From Lingula anatina (taxonomy: Eukaryota; Animalia; Brachiopoda), in NCBI GenBank assembly GCA_051362555.1, contig CM120647.1:3286001-3350000 (forward strand): a stretch of 64,000 bases of DNA, given 5' to 3'. Every line of letters begins with the position of its first letter. Positions within the stretch are counted from its first letter, which is position 1. Shown here piece by piece: positions 36,176-49,880 of this stretch. The notes beneath the pieces are model-generated. The model was not told the origin of the DNA. It saw only the letters and a list, made by a program, of their open reading frames with translations, and did no database searches. The position numbers and the translations under genes are program-made.

Positions 36176-38939
36176 CATGTACTAGTGTATTAATCATGAT
36201 CAGTGAAGCTAATCCTCAGTTACATGCATCTTATATGCACCTTATCATATCTTATATTGGACAAATAATAGAAATTGACTCGGACAATTTTACTGTGCTT
36301 GGTAACCTTTTAACAAAATGTGGCAAGTCCAATAATATGTTTATGGCCAACAACAAAAGATGAAAACTGGATAAGTTTTGAAAAGATTATCCAGAAACTA
36401 CCTGATCCAACCTACTCTTCTCAGAAGAGCAAATGATGTTTTACAACACCACCAGACATTTTGAACGGTTTAAATGATCACATAATTTACACTACAATTT
36501 TACCTTACCTCTGTTGCTAAGATAATAAAATAAACTCTTTTTCTGGTAAAATATGGAATGTAAATTCTACAGACGTAGAAATCAACATATTAGTGATGCA
36601 ATGTATCCAGTAGTGGTAAAGGTATTTATGTAGTCCTTGAAAAGTAAGTAAAACACCCATTGTAACCATTAACCATTTGTTGATTTGAATAAATGTTTTA
36701 ATTTTGCCACCTTATCGTGTGACATTTGTCATATCTGTAATACTAAGAATCCCGAATTCAGCTTCTAAAGTTTACTTTTGACTTAAAAAAATTAAAACAA
36801 ATACTGTTCCTTTTGATCTAACCTCCATTACAAATTGTTCATTTTTTATTTGAACATTGGATATGTGTGTGCTGATTGATCTATGTTCATATCACAATAG
36901 ATGGATAGCACTTTGTTCATAAACAACTAGTGTGATATAAAAGCAAGTCTGTTCCCAGTGATTTCTAAAATCATATTTAAATTGGAATACCTCAGGCTTT
37001 GTATTTATAGAAAACATGTGACTTATTACCAAAGTGTTTGCACCACATTTTCTATAATTGAAGAGAAATATTAAATAAGTAACAATATTTTTGAATTCAT
37101 ACAAAATCTTGGCAACTAAATCAAAAATGGAACCTATGACCTATGGAATGATTGAAATATAACCTAATTTAGATGTTACCTAACCTCCATAACGAAAAAT
37201 TATTGTATTATGTTTACACGTGCATATTTCTTGAAATACAGTAACAGAGTGGGTTAAAATTCTTCTGCTACTCTCTGAATACCTCTTCATTAAAATAATG
37301 TAAAAAGTTTTCCAGTTTTGCAAAGTTCATATTTCTGCATTTCTCATTTTGGAATTTTACCCTTTCTTCTGGAATGACCAAGAAGCTATCAAATGTTAAT
37401 TAGCATTGTTCACCACCTCCCCTTCTCTTTATATTATAACAGCAAACTTTTTATCCAATTACATCTAGCTCAGCATGCACTCCTTATTTAAATACTTTCA
37501 TGATTTACTATTAATAGACGTGAGAGAAGTCTTTATTGTAACACAACAAAAAATAAAACTTGTTTTAAACTTATCAAGGAAATAGTCACAACCACTTCAA
37601 AAACTTATGCTTAACCTCAAAGCCACAAAATACCCAAAAGCTCATGTTAGTCTGAATGAAGTAAAAACAATGATTAAAAAAAAAAGGGAAGGACCTAAGT
37701 GCAAGTGTAATCTCTGCAATGCCATGGATGTCTCAATGTAAACTTAATTATTACCCACTATAATAATGTATCATACTATGTCAGCTGCTTGGCCTTATTT
37801 TCCTGTTGTAATTTCAATCAACAGAAGTAGTTAGAAACAATAGTAGTAAACACTGTATCATTATTTAATTTATTCTGTTGGTGAATAGCTACTCAGCTAA
37901 TGTTTGTACATTTATTCTTTCTGACATGAAATAAACTATATTGTATTGTATTGTATTGTATCGTATTGTATTGGGACGGGGGATGTCTAAAAACACCATA
38001 ATAGTAATTAAAGCTAAACATTGTAAAGCATAACTGGGGCAACAAACAAAATAAAACAAACGTCAATTCTATGTATCTTTTTTATAAGTTCCAAAATGAG
38101 TCACACCGTTTTCTTTTTATTGTATTTATGGTGACAAGCTGTATTTCAGTCCTACCATTCTTTTCTGTAGGTTTGAGAATTGTAAGTATCTGCTTTACTT
38201 AAAATTGCCATTACTGCGGCAGTGCCCAAAATAGGGTTTTCTTCAAGTTCGATGCAATACTACATACATAATGCTTATAATCACCACCAATTTTAATGTT
38301 GTAGTGCAGATGATAGGTATTTAGAAATGAGACTAGCAAAAGTCTTCAGGCCCATTGAAGTTCAAAGGTATACTTTGAAAATACCATGATGAAAAAAAAT
38401 TGAATTTTCCATACACACAAATACACACACATACACACAAACTCCTTTAATTACAACAACAAAAAAGTACCGGTATACGATCAGACTGGTTTTAAAATGC
38501 CAGTTATATCGAAGTCATATTTTTCAGTATTGAAAGTCTGAAGACAAGGGATTTTTTTCCATGAAATAGGGTATCTGCATTGCATATTACGTATATATAT
38601 ATATATTTGTACTGGTAAGAATAATGCATACTGAAAAAAAAATGCATAAATTTTTAAAAAACTCTGATGAAGCTGGTTTTGAAATTCAACCTGTATCTAA
38701 GTCACATTTGTCACATTTGTCCTATAAGTTTTTATGAAAGGTGTTATCTTTATGCCATATATTATATGTTGAAAAATAAAACAAAAAGCACATAAATTCA
38801 AGAAAAATGATCCCATCAAGCCAATTTCCAGACTCATCCTGTATATTGATACTATTGATCAGTCCTTCAGTCCTACAAGTTTGAAGACAACAAGCCTGCC
38901 AATTTTCCTTGAAATGTGTTATCTGTATAGCATATATTA

Positions 38940-39235
38940 CAGTGGCAGATTTAGAGGGAGGGGTTAAGGGGGCCCTGGACCTCTTTCCCCCCCCCCCTTA
39001 TGATTTCTGGTCTCTTCTTGAAATTAGAATTTTTACTAGCTGAACCATAGTTCTAAACTGTACCAAATGCATGGCACCGTTTGCCTTTTAAAATACCAGA
39101 ATTTTTCAGGGCCCTCTGAAGGGCCCTAACCCTGTGCCAATGTGTGTGTGTATATGTTGCGCAGGGGGGAGGGGGGGGGGAAGGTCGACATTACATGTGC
39201 AGACACCCCTTCAAATAATCTTGGATCTGCCCATG
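38940..39235. mobile_element. MITE of the CAG(G/T)GGCGGAT...ATCCGCC(A/C)CTG family
   Basis: Inverted homologue of 47996-48308 and 52106-52360. Flanks are TATTA/TATAA. Confidence 0.75.
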
Positions 39236-39424
39236 TATAATAATACATGCCAAAAAACACACAAACAAAACAAACCAACCAACCAAAAAAAAAAAATGCA
39301 TAACAATAATACTGATCACTCCTGAAGGTTTGAAAACAAAAACCCTATTGGTTTTCCTTGAAATGTGTTGCTTGTATTGCATACATGCTGATAAAAGTGA
39401 AAAAAAAAGATTAACCTTTGAGAA

Positions 39425-42400
39425 AACAAGGCAGCAAAGCTGTCAAATGTACAGACAAAAAACAGAAAAAAAAGATGCAAAATAGGTCATTTTGTCAATT
39501 TTGATGCAATAATATATGCTTATAATAGCACAGTCAGTCAACACTGATTTTTAATCATGCACAACAGGTAACATGGTCAATAACAGGAGCAGTTCCAGAG
39601 ATATTTTCTGACAGTATTCCAAAGTATCTTTGTTGATCCATCCTCCATTTTGATGGTCTTCCAACAGAAACCCGTAAATATAAACTCTAAAATCTGACTG
39701 TCTTCCAGGAGACCCAGAAAATGGTCTCAATCCACCCCTTCAATAAGATTACAGTTTCAGGACCATGAGAGTTAAAATTCACATGATGAAAGTCCCAATA
39801 TATGAAAAATGATGACAGTGCATAAAATAATATTACAGCGTGTTTAAAGACAAATACCAATACAACTGCTTATGTGGAAATACTGAAAATGTGCAGAGCC
39901 TCAGGTGGATGGGAGTTAAAAATGCCAGTGTTGGAGAAAAAATTAAAAAGAAAACAACAAAAATATAATTCCAATGAAGCTGCTATTCACTGCTTCCTTA
40001 TTATGGACACTATGGCTCTGTTCTCACAACTTTTAGATCGATCTATCACCGCGGGGAGTCTCACTAGATTACTGTCAGATAATCCCCCTTAAGTGTCCGT
40101 CCCCGCCTACTACAAGCTTTAAGGGGTAATTAACTTTCGTGTCCGCCCGGCTGACAGCTATTTAGCGTGAACCCCCAGGGAGTTAGGTCGATCCAATGTA
40201 GGTCGATCTAATCTATGAGAATGGGGTGCAAGTTATCTAGCAGAGAGCTTAACCTTTGGGAGTTTACAGGGAAATATCAACAAGTGTGCTTTATGAAATT
40301 TCATTTAATGGCCGCTTACTTAGGCAAATGAGTTTATAGCACTGAAATTAGCCTAATGAATACCCAAGGGGAATTTACAGACTGACCACACAAATTTGTC
40401 TATCAAAGGTCTTCAGGCCCATAAGGCACACCTTAAGAAAAGCAGAAAACAATAATGTACAAAATAAAACAGGAGACTGCCAATTCTGATGCAATAATAC
40501 ATTATGTTTAACTGCACAGTCAACATCAAATTTTAATTATGCACAACGTACAGGTAACACTGATCATGATGAAAGTAAAAGCATAAGGCTCCAGGCCCAT
40601 CAGAGTTCAAGTTTACAATTAGAAAGTGCCAGAGTGAGAAAAATGAAAATTTCACAAAAAATTCATAAATTTAATAAAAATGATAATCCAATAGAGCTGG
40701 TTCTCTAATATGAGCTGTATGTCAATCCTAAGAATCATTTTTGTAAGAATAGTTAAAAAAATAGAAAGTTACACTTTACTTTACATAATATTAATGGTGG
40801 CAGAGCACAAAGTAGGTTTTTTGTCAATTTTGATGCAACATTACATAATGATTAACTAATTAAATACCACCAATTTTAAAATATCTACTATTAAAAACAT
40901 GGACATTAAAAAAATTTGATTACCACTGAGCTTCATGCCCAAGGGAGCTCTAAGTCCCACATTGAAAATTGCAACATGTGAAAGATAAAAATTTTCACAA
41001 AAAACCTGTATTACTTCCAAACAATTAACTAATGAGACAATTTTTCAACTGAAGCTGTATTTCAGTCCTATGTTTCTTTCCTGTGAGAAGAGCAAGTGAC
41101 ATGGTTATCCTTTCACCGCCACTACGGAGGCAGTGCCCAGAATAGGGTTTTGTTCAATTTTGATGCAATATTACACAATGCTTAACAGCATAATAACCAT
41201 AAATTTTTTAATAATAAAATAAAAGTATCATGGATATTCAGAAAATGTGACTAGCCTATAGAGTTCAGAGTCATACTTTGAAAATCCCAAAATGTAAACA
41301 AGAGAAAACTGTATTGAAAGAGTTTACTTTCATTTTCAACACCTTTTTTACATAAAGCAAAATAATCAATTTACTGTCATTTTTATATGATCAATCAAAA
41401 ATATGTTGTCAAAGCAAAAATATCAATAGAACAATTATTAATGTCCAACTTGCTCCATTCTGAAATTCTGAACATAGTGAATGGTTGAATCTGACAAACT
41501 GTAAAGATATGTGTTTTTTTCCATTTTTGACACTTATTAAACAATACACAATATCAGGTTTACCAACATTTTTTTATAATCAACTAACAATGTTGTTAAG
41601 ATGCAGAAAATGTCAAAAGAACAACTTAACATATCTAATTAGTTCAAATATGAGACTGTTAGCATGCCTGAGAATTAAATTTGAGGAAAAAAACACTTAT
41701 ATACAAAAAAGGCATAACTTCACCAAACCTTTACTGATCAAGCTTATTTTCAAAACTTAATCTGTATTTCAGTAACATTGATCACTACCGTGAATTTCAA
41801 GACAATTGGCCAATCGATTTTCCTTAAAATGTGTTATAGGTGTTGCATATATGCTGAAAAAAAGTGAAAAAACAGCAAAACTTCTATAAAAATGCTCTGA
41901 TCATGCCAATTTTCGAACTTGACTTGCGTATTATAGATATTCATCAGTTCTGTAAGTTTCAAGCCAAAAAGTAAAGCGGTTTTTCAAAAATTGTGTTATT
42001 GGTGCTACATAAATGCTGAAAAAAGTGAAAAAACTGCATTACTTCCATATTAATGGCCCGATCATGCTGATATTCGAACTTGACCTGCGTATTATGAATA
42101 TTCATCAGTTCTGTAAGTTTCAAGCCAAAAGGTAAAACGGTTTTCCACTTATCGTGTTATCGGTGCTACATAAATGCTGAAAAAAGTGAAAAAACAGCAT
42201 AAATTCCCCGAAAATGGCCCGATCATGCTGATTTTCGAACTTGACCTGCTTATTATGAATATTTATCAGTTCTGTAACTTTCAAGCCAAAAGAAAAAACG
42301 GTTTTCCACTTATCGTGCTATCGGTAAAAGTGCACGGCGACGGCGACGACAGCAACGACAGCGACGGCGACGACAGACGCAGGTGATGGCTATATGTACA

Positions 42401-42426
42401 GACACATCTGTGTCTGTACATAAAAA
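39425..42426 (-). mobile_element. Non-autonomous Helentron (HINE) family 2 with ~162-bp internal repeats
   Basis: Left end is AACAAG, a small stem GGCAGC-AAA-GCTGTC and subTIR ATGTACAGACA (39447-39457). Right end is a (GAC/GGC)n microsatellite plus perfect hairpin TATGTACAGACAC-ATCT-GTGTCTGTACATA (42393-42422) and an A-run. Repeats start at 41851, 42013 and 42175. A second degenerate right end lies at 42430-42636. Confidence 0.65.
40013..40227. mobile_element. MITE, Harbinger-like termini
   Basis: GTTCTCA..TAGATCGATCTA ... TAGGTCGATCTA..TGAGAAT inverted ends, related to the 9813 and 11130 pieces. Confidence 0.5.
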
Positions 42427-42659
42427 TTGGTGGGAGCATGCCAATTTTTGAATTCTGCCTGTATATCATGAATGTTCATCAGTTCTGCCAGTTTGAGGAC
42501 AACAGATCTACCAGTTTTCAACTTATTAACAATGAAAGTGCACAGCGACAACAGAAATGTTGGGGACAACAACAACAGCAACAACAGATGCAAGTGATGG
42601 CTACATATACAGGCACGATGTGTCTGTACATAAAACAGTAAAAATATTCAATCTCTTAC

Positions 42660-43072
42660 CAAAATACAGCAGCAGCTGTTGATGTTGAAATGCTCAATGT
42701 ATTCCCATAATGCAACTGCAATTGTTGATGTCACAATGCTCAATGTATTCCCATAATGCAACTGCAATTGTTGATGTCACAATGCTCAGTGTATTCCCAT
42801 AATGCAACTGCAATTGTTGATGTCACAATGCTCAATGTATTCCCATAATGCAAGCAGCAACTGCAATTGTCGATGGCACAATGCTCAATGTATTCCAATA
42901 ATGCAAGCAGCAACTGCAATTGTTGATGTCTCAACACTCAATGTATTCCAATAATGTAACCACAATTGTTGATGTCACAATGTTGATGTCAGAATGCTAA
43001 ATGTATACCCATAATGCAACTGCAATTGTTGATGTCACAATGCTCAATGTATTCCCATAATGCAACTGCAAC
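42660..43072. repeat. Diverged 46-bp minisatellite
   Basis: Unit CCCATAATGCAACTGCAATTGTTGATGTCACAATGCTCAATGTATT, a variant of the family found around the KolobokP array. Confidence 0.88.
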
Positions 43073-44845
43073 TGGTTGAATTGAACCGAGATTAAATAAC
43101 TGTGGCCCTGCTGAAACGATGCGTGGGGAGGCATTTAAGAGGTGGAGAGACTATAACAGGATGAAGCAGTCTTCCTTTCATGTAGGTCCGCCATATTTAG
43201 GTCATGGCCTGGCTAGCACTGGGCTCTTCTCATTCTGAATGGTCCCTATGTATAATACAACAGCAAGCTTTAAACTGTCAACAAGTTAGCAACAGTTGAA
43301 ATCACAATTTCCAATGTCTTTCTGTTATAAAACAGCAATTATTGTTATTTATAAATGTTCATTCTTTTAACACAACAAGAGAAACCAATGTGAGGCAAAG
43401 TTCTATCTGGTGTTATGCGGTGGTAAAGTTACCAAAATGATTTTCTTCGATCCCTCATAACTTTGACCCATTCATTGTATGTATGTTGCGTTATATGTTG
43501 TGTAATGATAATAATAATAATTCAACAATGTACAAAACAGGTTTGTTGTCAATTTTTATGTAATATTACTTTGTTTGCCAGCAAAATCACAATCACTTTT
43601 CCATAATGTGCACAAGTAAATAAAGGGATAACCATGCTTATACCACACTAGACAATGTTTCACCTATCCTTTCCAACATTTAAAGTTACACAGTGGTCCA
43701 CTGAGACTACAACACACTTTAAGGTGATGCCAGATGAACAACAAAGACAAACCCATCCCTATATGATAATGAAAAACTATCATAAATCAATCACTTCTGT
43801 CAAAAACTCATCAAATTTCACCAACCAGAAATTAACATGTTAATGAGAGCCCAAAGCAGCCTAGAGAGATTGCAATTGTCTTTTGAGGAATAAAAATATC
43901 CCATGGTACAGTTCACTGGGACTTCAATTCACCTTTGGGTTAAATCAGATTATACTGTCAACCTCTTTTAAAGATCAGAACTGAATGAGGAAAGATGTTT
44001 AAAGGATAAACAGACTGAAACATTGACTTAGGGTAATTTTCAAATGCCTACAGTGTGCAAGACTTTATATGCTGTAATACACATTTTATAATAAGTTTGA
44101 CATTTCAGCACCTTTTACAAAATTTATCACAATTTATTGAAAATAAGACATAATTTTTAGATAAGGAATATGAATTTACCTCTTTTTGCAGAGCAAACAA
44201 TGGATTCAACACGTCTGCATCAATCATTTTGTCACAAACATCAACGCTGTCATTTAGAGTCAACTTCCAGAAAATTATGAAGCAGATTTGAAAAAAAAGT
44301 TTATCTTAACAATCATGTCATTTTTTAAAAGCAAATAACTTCTCCATTTACAAATATTTGTTGATAAGGCAATAAATATAAATCAAACAAGGTCAAATTT
44401 AAATCCTCTGTAAAAAGAAATCAAAGTTTTTCTTGTCAACAAAATATGTGTACATTTGTAGGATAACTGAAGAAAAGAAAATGATATTCTTGCATCAAAA
44501 CATTAAAATATAATCATGTCACATGTTCCTAACTATAACATCTATTCCAAGACCTGGATGCTGTCATAAGGTGTTAACTGTGGCTATCTATCTGGACACT
44601 GTCCACAGGCATGTGACAATACAGCTACATGTGTTAGTGTACTGGTTAAAATTTTTATTATTTTTTTCACCAAAATAAAAGAATGCATTTCAAAAGTAAA
44701 CAGTTCTGCCGACCTAGAACTGAATATGTAGATTTCAAAACATGGAAAAGTGGTCCCGGGGGGAAAAAGCTTTCCTATTCCTATCTGCACACTGATTTTT
44801 ACATCTATCTGCACAGTCCCAGAGCGAACTTTTAGGGGGCCGTAG

Positions 44846-44999
44846 CGATAGTCCGAAGGTTCAATAGTCCGAAGGTTCATTGGTCCGAATGTTCACTATA
44901 GAACCTTCGGACCAATGAACCCTTGATTAAAAAATCGATAAAAACGTTACCACTTTTCGGACCAATGAACCTTCGGACCAATGAACCTTCGGACTATCG
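44846..44999. mobile_element. Small fold-back element whose arms are 16-bp tandem repeats
   Basis: CGATAGTCCGAAGGTTCA x3 on the left and TGAACCTTCGGAC(CAA/TAT) x3-4 inverted on the right. Confidence 0.75.
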
Positions 45000-45095
45000 A
45001 GACTTTTAGACTTAACAGAAATCTGGTGACAGAAATCCCATGCCTGATCCCAGAAAGATCCTAATGATATAAACATAGCACTGATGCTAAATAGA

Positions 45096-45155
<60 letters not shown>

Positions 45156-45371
45156 CAATATAACCCACTGACAGTGACACTGACCATTGCATCCAGTTCA
45201 CTGCTGACCACATCTCTAATCTGTTTACCTGAGTGTCCCTGGTACTGTCTTCCTCGAGCTGAGGGAAAGTACATGTATATAATGTTAGTCCACCACACTC
45301 TCTCTGAATACTGACGTGGTTGGAAATGTGTGTGTTGGGGGGGGGGGGGGGGGAGGTTTAACCCCCTCCTA

Positions 45372-45495
45372 ACCCACCCCAGCTACTGTGTACGTATATC
45401 CACTATCGTTGTCGGGTCTCATGCTGCCACTAGGCGCTGGATTCTCTGCGTTTCCCGGGAGCGGAAGAGTTAACGCGGTCAGCGCCATTTTAGGG
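45372..45495 (-). promoter_or_regulatory. CpG-rich promoter-like or first-exon-like patch
   Basis: Local CpG enrichment, a YY1/Kozak-like AAAATGGCG on the minus strand (ATG 45488-45486) and an ETS-like CGGAAG at 45462. Confidence 0.3.
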
Positions 45496-47995
45496 AGAGG
45501 CAGATGAAATAAAAATATCTCCTAATATCTGTAAACTTGTACTCGCTAAAATTGAATAAATGGATCTTTTTTTTTAAACTTTTATTAAATGTGCAGTATA
45601 GTCTCCTTTCTGTTATTCTAGGCATTCCAAATATTTTTGGTTATTTGACCCCTCTCTCTCTCTTCATCCTCCCCCTAAAATGTTCCACGTTAGAAAAAAT
45701 CAATAATCGTATGGGAGAATAACACAGGCAATTGACCTACTTCACCAGTCATCGCTATTTTACTACTTTTATGACTTGGGAGAGATTACGTCATACACGT
45801 CTGGAATAAGTTTTTTTTGTGATTATATAATTAATAAATTTCACATATTGATAAAATGTCTATAAATGCGTCAGTGAAAAAGGAACATCGCTTTTTAAAA
45901 ACAATGAAAAAAATATGTAAAGGACCCAACATAAGATAAAAATGGCTTTTTTCTCTTATATGCAAATTAGATTGTCTTTAGTAATAAAGCTGACAGGAAG
46001 TGATACTCAGACCAGAAATTTCAAAGGTGGTGATCTTGATTAATCTGTATTTTGATATTAAATTGATTGATAATATTAATAATAGTAAAATAAAATTGAA
46101 GCTACTAAATCAATTATTCCTCAAGAGTTTTTTTTTTCTAATTACGAATCGATGCTCGACTCGCTCCTGGGATGAATTTAGTAACAGCCATAAGGAGTGC
46201 ACGCCCCCCCCCCCCCCCCCCCCCCCCCCCAATACTCCAATGTGTTTTACGTGTATGCCCTATCCAGACAACGTTTACCCTCTACACATTGTTACTTTAC
46301 TTATATCTTTTTTTTTCCAAATTGATGTCGGTTTAACAGATTTTGCATCGGTTGGCAGGCGAGCATTATCCCACTGTAGCTCGCGTGCTTCAGTTTGCAC
46401 GGATGGTCCCTGCCCCTCCCCTCCCCCCAATAAATCCTTCCGTGATGCTCGTAAACTTTTGTGCAAGTTTGAGTGCTATGTTCTGTATTTTGAATGAGTT
46501 ACCGACATCAGCTTCATTTTAATTGGCAATCTACACCTCCGTTTACATTATTAGATTACCTGTATCTTCTGCAACTCATACGTGTGTGATAAGTTTAATA
46601 ACTGACACAGAGATAGTAGTTTAGATATATGTATTCTGCATAAGGAACATATTAAAATGTGTGTTTGTTAAAACAAAATTAAAGTTCCTCAAATTAATTG
46701 TTCGTTTGTTTCTTATTTTATCTATTTTATATTTGAAAATAAACGCATGGGACTTTCCCAGTGCTGCCCTCTGTGGCCCAATTAATGTGTAGATACATGT
46801 ATTAAGATGAGGAAGGGTGTGTCTGTTACTGGACTTCTGTCATTAGATCTCCTTTTGTGTAAGCTTACGTGTAATTCAAGTACTGATGCAAATTAAATGA
46901 CCATAATAAAAGACGCAAAAATATTCATATCCTTTCAGCTTCAAAGACTGATGTAGCAGCTACGAATTTTAACTTGATTGCCAGAAATAGTTTCACCCAC
47001 TTCTTTTTATTACTGTTCATTCAAACCAATGATTATAATCAGATTCTCTGCATGAAAGGAAATAAATCCAAATACCACAGTTTGACCATCAGTTCTGAAT
47101 TCTGGAAATGAGACAGAGTCTATTTATAATGGTGTTGAAAACAGGATATTGTGAAGTGGGGGGGAGGGGGGGCGTCCAGATGTCTTCGAGACGGCTTTTT
47201 ATATTTGCTCCAGATCTCGCTTTCATGAACTCGGATGATTCATGATATTTTTATGTATATTATTGAGTCAGTGAACATTTATCTTTAACTTTGTTATCTT
47301 GTTATAACCAATAGGAAAATAACGATATAAAAGGCAAATAAAGACTTATATAATGTAACGCCGACACAGATTACACACACACACACACACACACACAAAT
47401 AAATAAGATAAAATAAAATACATTTTTTCCAAAAAAAAAATTAAGCTTTGTGCTCATTTGCAGTTTAGTTTTACCGTAGTAATAGCGTCTCTCTCTCTCT
47501 CTCTCTCTCTCTCTGTAGTAGAAGTACAAAAAAATGTAAGCACTACAAAGATGAAGCAAGTAAATTCATCATTTGTCTTTGATTCCAGGACTTTCATCTT
47601 CTCCGAAATAACATTAATCTGCAAAAGTCTACCCAATTTTGATAATTATTCGAGACTTTTTACTTTGGGCCAGCGAGTTGTTAAGTAGGCCCCTTTCTTG
47701 GCTAAACGCATTTCACCTTTGAAGGGCTGATGTTAAGGAACGTTTCAGAAGAATGACCCTTTATAAAAGTTATAGATATAGCCGTGTGAGTATTTAGGAG
47801 TGATCTTCTGTGCCAGCAAAAGATCAAACATTTGCCTGTACAAATCCCAGGAAAGGTTGCCATAGTTACTGTAGATGCACAAGGAATACATGTAGGTGTA
47901 GTCTGTCTGTGACTTTATTGTTCTTGCATGTGAGTGCGTACGCCAGAGACAGTATTTATTAAACGTACATGTACTTCGTATTTAAGCATGGTATT

Positions 47996-48308
47996 CAGGG
48001 GCGGATCCAGGATTATTTGAAGGGGGGGGTCGGTTTTTAGGAATGACAGGCAGCGGATGCGAAGCCGACCCTCCCCCCCCCCTCCCCCCCATACCCTTAG
48101 CGTGGGCTCTGGGAAGGGCCCCTAAAAATTTTGGTATTTCAGAAAACAAACTGTGCCATTTGGTACAGTTTATACAATGATTCAGCTAGTCAAAATTCTA
48201 ATTTCAAGAGGGGACCATTGATTTTTTTCAGAAATCGAAGGTGGGGGGAGGGGGGGGGAGGTCAGGGCCCGCACTGACCCCCCCCCCCCCCCCCTAAATC
48301 CGTCACTG
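47996..48308. mobile_element. MITE, CAGGGGCGGATCC...AATCCGTCACTG
   Basis: TIRs and internal homology to 38940-39235 and 52106-52360. Flanks are GTATT/GTTTT. Confidence 0.78.
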
Positions 48309-49069
48309 GTTTTAAACTATACAATGTAACTTCTTTGACTCTCATTTGAAAAAGGATGTCCTTTTTGAATGTGGTAGACATCATGTTTGTGGAATTTGAC
48401 CTCACTTACAATGACTAGTTTTAAAACAAGTCTAAAGTAACAAGGTTTTGCAATTTATAGTTGCAGAAAATAACAAAAACTGTCAAATTCAGGGAACATA
48501 TATGTGACTGCATGTTTTTATTTTTTCTGCAATCCAAATGCAGTAAATTACCAGTTGACTTTATTTCAACTTTTTAAGTAAGAGCATACTCATTATCTCG
48601 TTAAAATTAAATGTATGATTTATATTTCTCATTTTTATTGCAGACTAAACAGTTACCTGAAAATCAACTTTCTATGAAGTTTGAACACATGAAATGAATA
48701 ATCAAGAGAATTCAGATGCAACACTCGTGATAAACATATTCGGTTAAAAATATAATCATGGTTGTCGTGAGGTACCAGCTAACATCACTTTGGGTTCCAG
48801 TCTTTAGTGAAATAGAATGTAGGCCTACCTCGACGAAGAGAGAAGATTCTCATCATGTCACCAAAACCTATAAGTATTTCACTCGGGGATCTAAGACTTT
48901 GTGTTGAAAGAGGAAGGGTGACATAGGATAAAAATATATCTCTCTTCGCTCGGCAAATGTAAAACAGTGTAGTATGACACACATATAAAACACATTATAC
49001 ATGTACATTGCAAGTAATACTTCTTATTACAGATTTATGAACACCTATATTTTACATATGTCTTCTCTT

Positions 49070-49880
49070 ATTTCGGATCGGTAGACGAGGAACCAAAGGG
49101 CCAAGAGACATGCATTAAAACAGTTTAACGATATTCTTTATTGAGATAAATGGTTAAAACCCGTTGATATATGTACATATTTACAGCTGCCAGGTGCTTG
49201 TCACATCTAGCACATTTCCATGAAATCTGTGGTTGTCGTCACAACCATGTTGAGACAGGACAGAAGCCAAAATATACCGCGTGTAAAAAATTGTTTTTAG
49301 TAGATGTCAAATTTAGTAGAGTAACTTACTTTACAATTACTTATAATATCACTTCACTTTGATCAGAATAGCTAGAAGAAGTGCAAAAGTGCAAATGTGC
49401 GTGGAAGAGGGGTGGGATTGGGAAAATGTGTATTTCAGAAGTTATAGGTATAAAGGGAGGGGCACGTGGCCCCCTCCCTCTTAGATCCACTGAATAAGTG
49501 ACCAAATCATGAAAAAATCCCTCATTGTGTGTGGTGTTGTGTCTTGTCGTACATGTAAGACACAAGTGAAAAAGCATCGTGTCTTGTGTGTTGATGGTAT
49601 ATCTTACAAGTAATACTACATTTGAAAGATTCATGAAAAAGTTTATATTACAATTTCAACTACCCGTATCAGTAGATGAGGAAAACCGTTTAACAAGATA
49701 TTTTAGGTAAATGGGTAAAAATCGGTTATTATGGCCTACTATATGCATTTACAGCGGCCAACGGCTTGTCACATCTAGCACATTTCCACCAATTCTGTGG
49801 TAGACGTCACAACCATGTTGAGACAAGACAAACTACAGAATATTAATATTACCGCGTATAAAAAGTAGTTTTTACATATG
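49070..49880 (+). repeat. Degenerate ~250-bp direct duplication (49070-49315 / 49665-49875)
   Basis: GTAGAxGAGGAA...GTTTAAC..GATATT..TTTACAGCxGCCA..GCTTGTCACATCTAGCACATTTCCA...CGTCACAACCATGTTGAGACA...TACCGCGTxTAAAAA occurs twice. Confidence 0.8.

Noticed and set aside
49239-49260. miR-67/miR-307-like sequence TCACAACC...TTGAG
   Set aside because: Only the seed region matches, there is no simple pre-miRNA hairpin with a complementary arm, and the paralogues at 2.9 and 3.6 kb change the seed.
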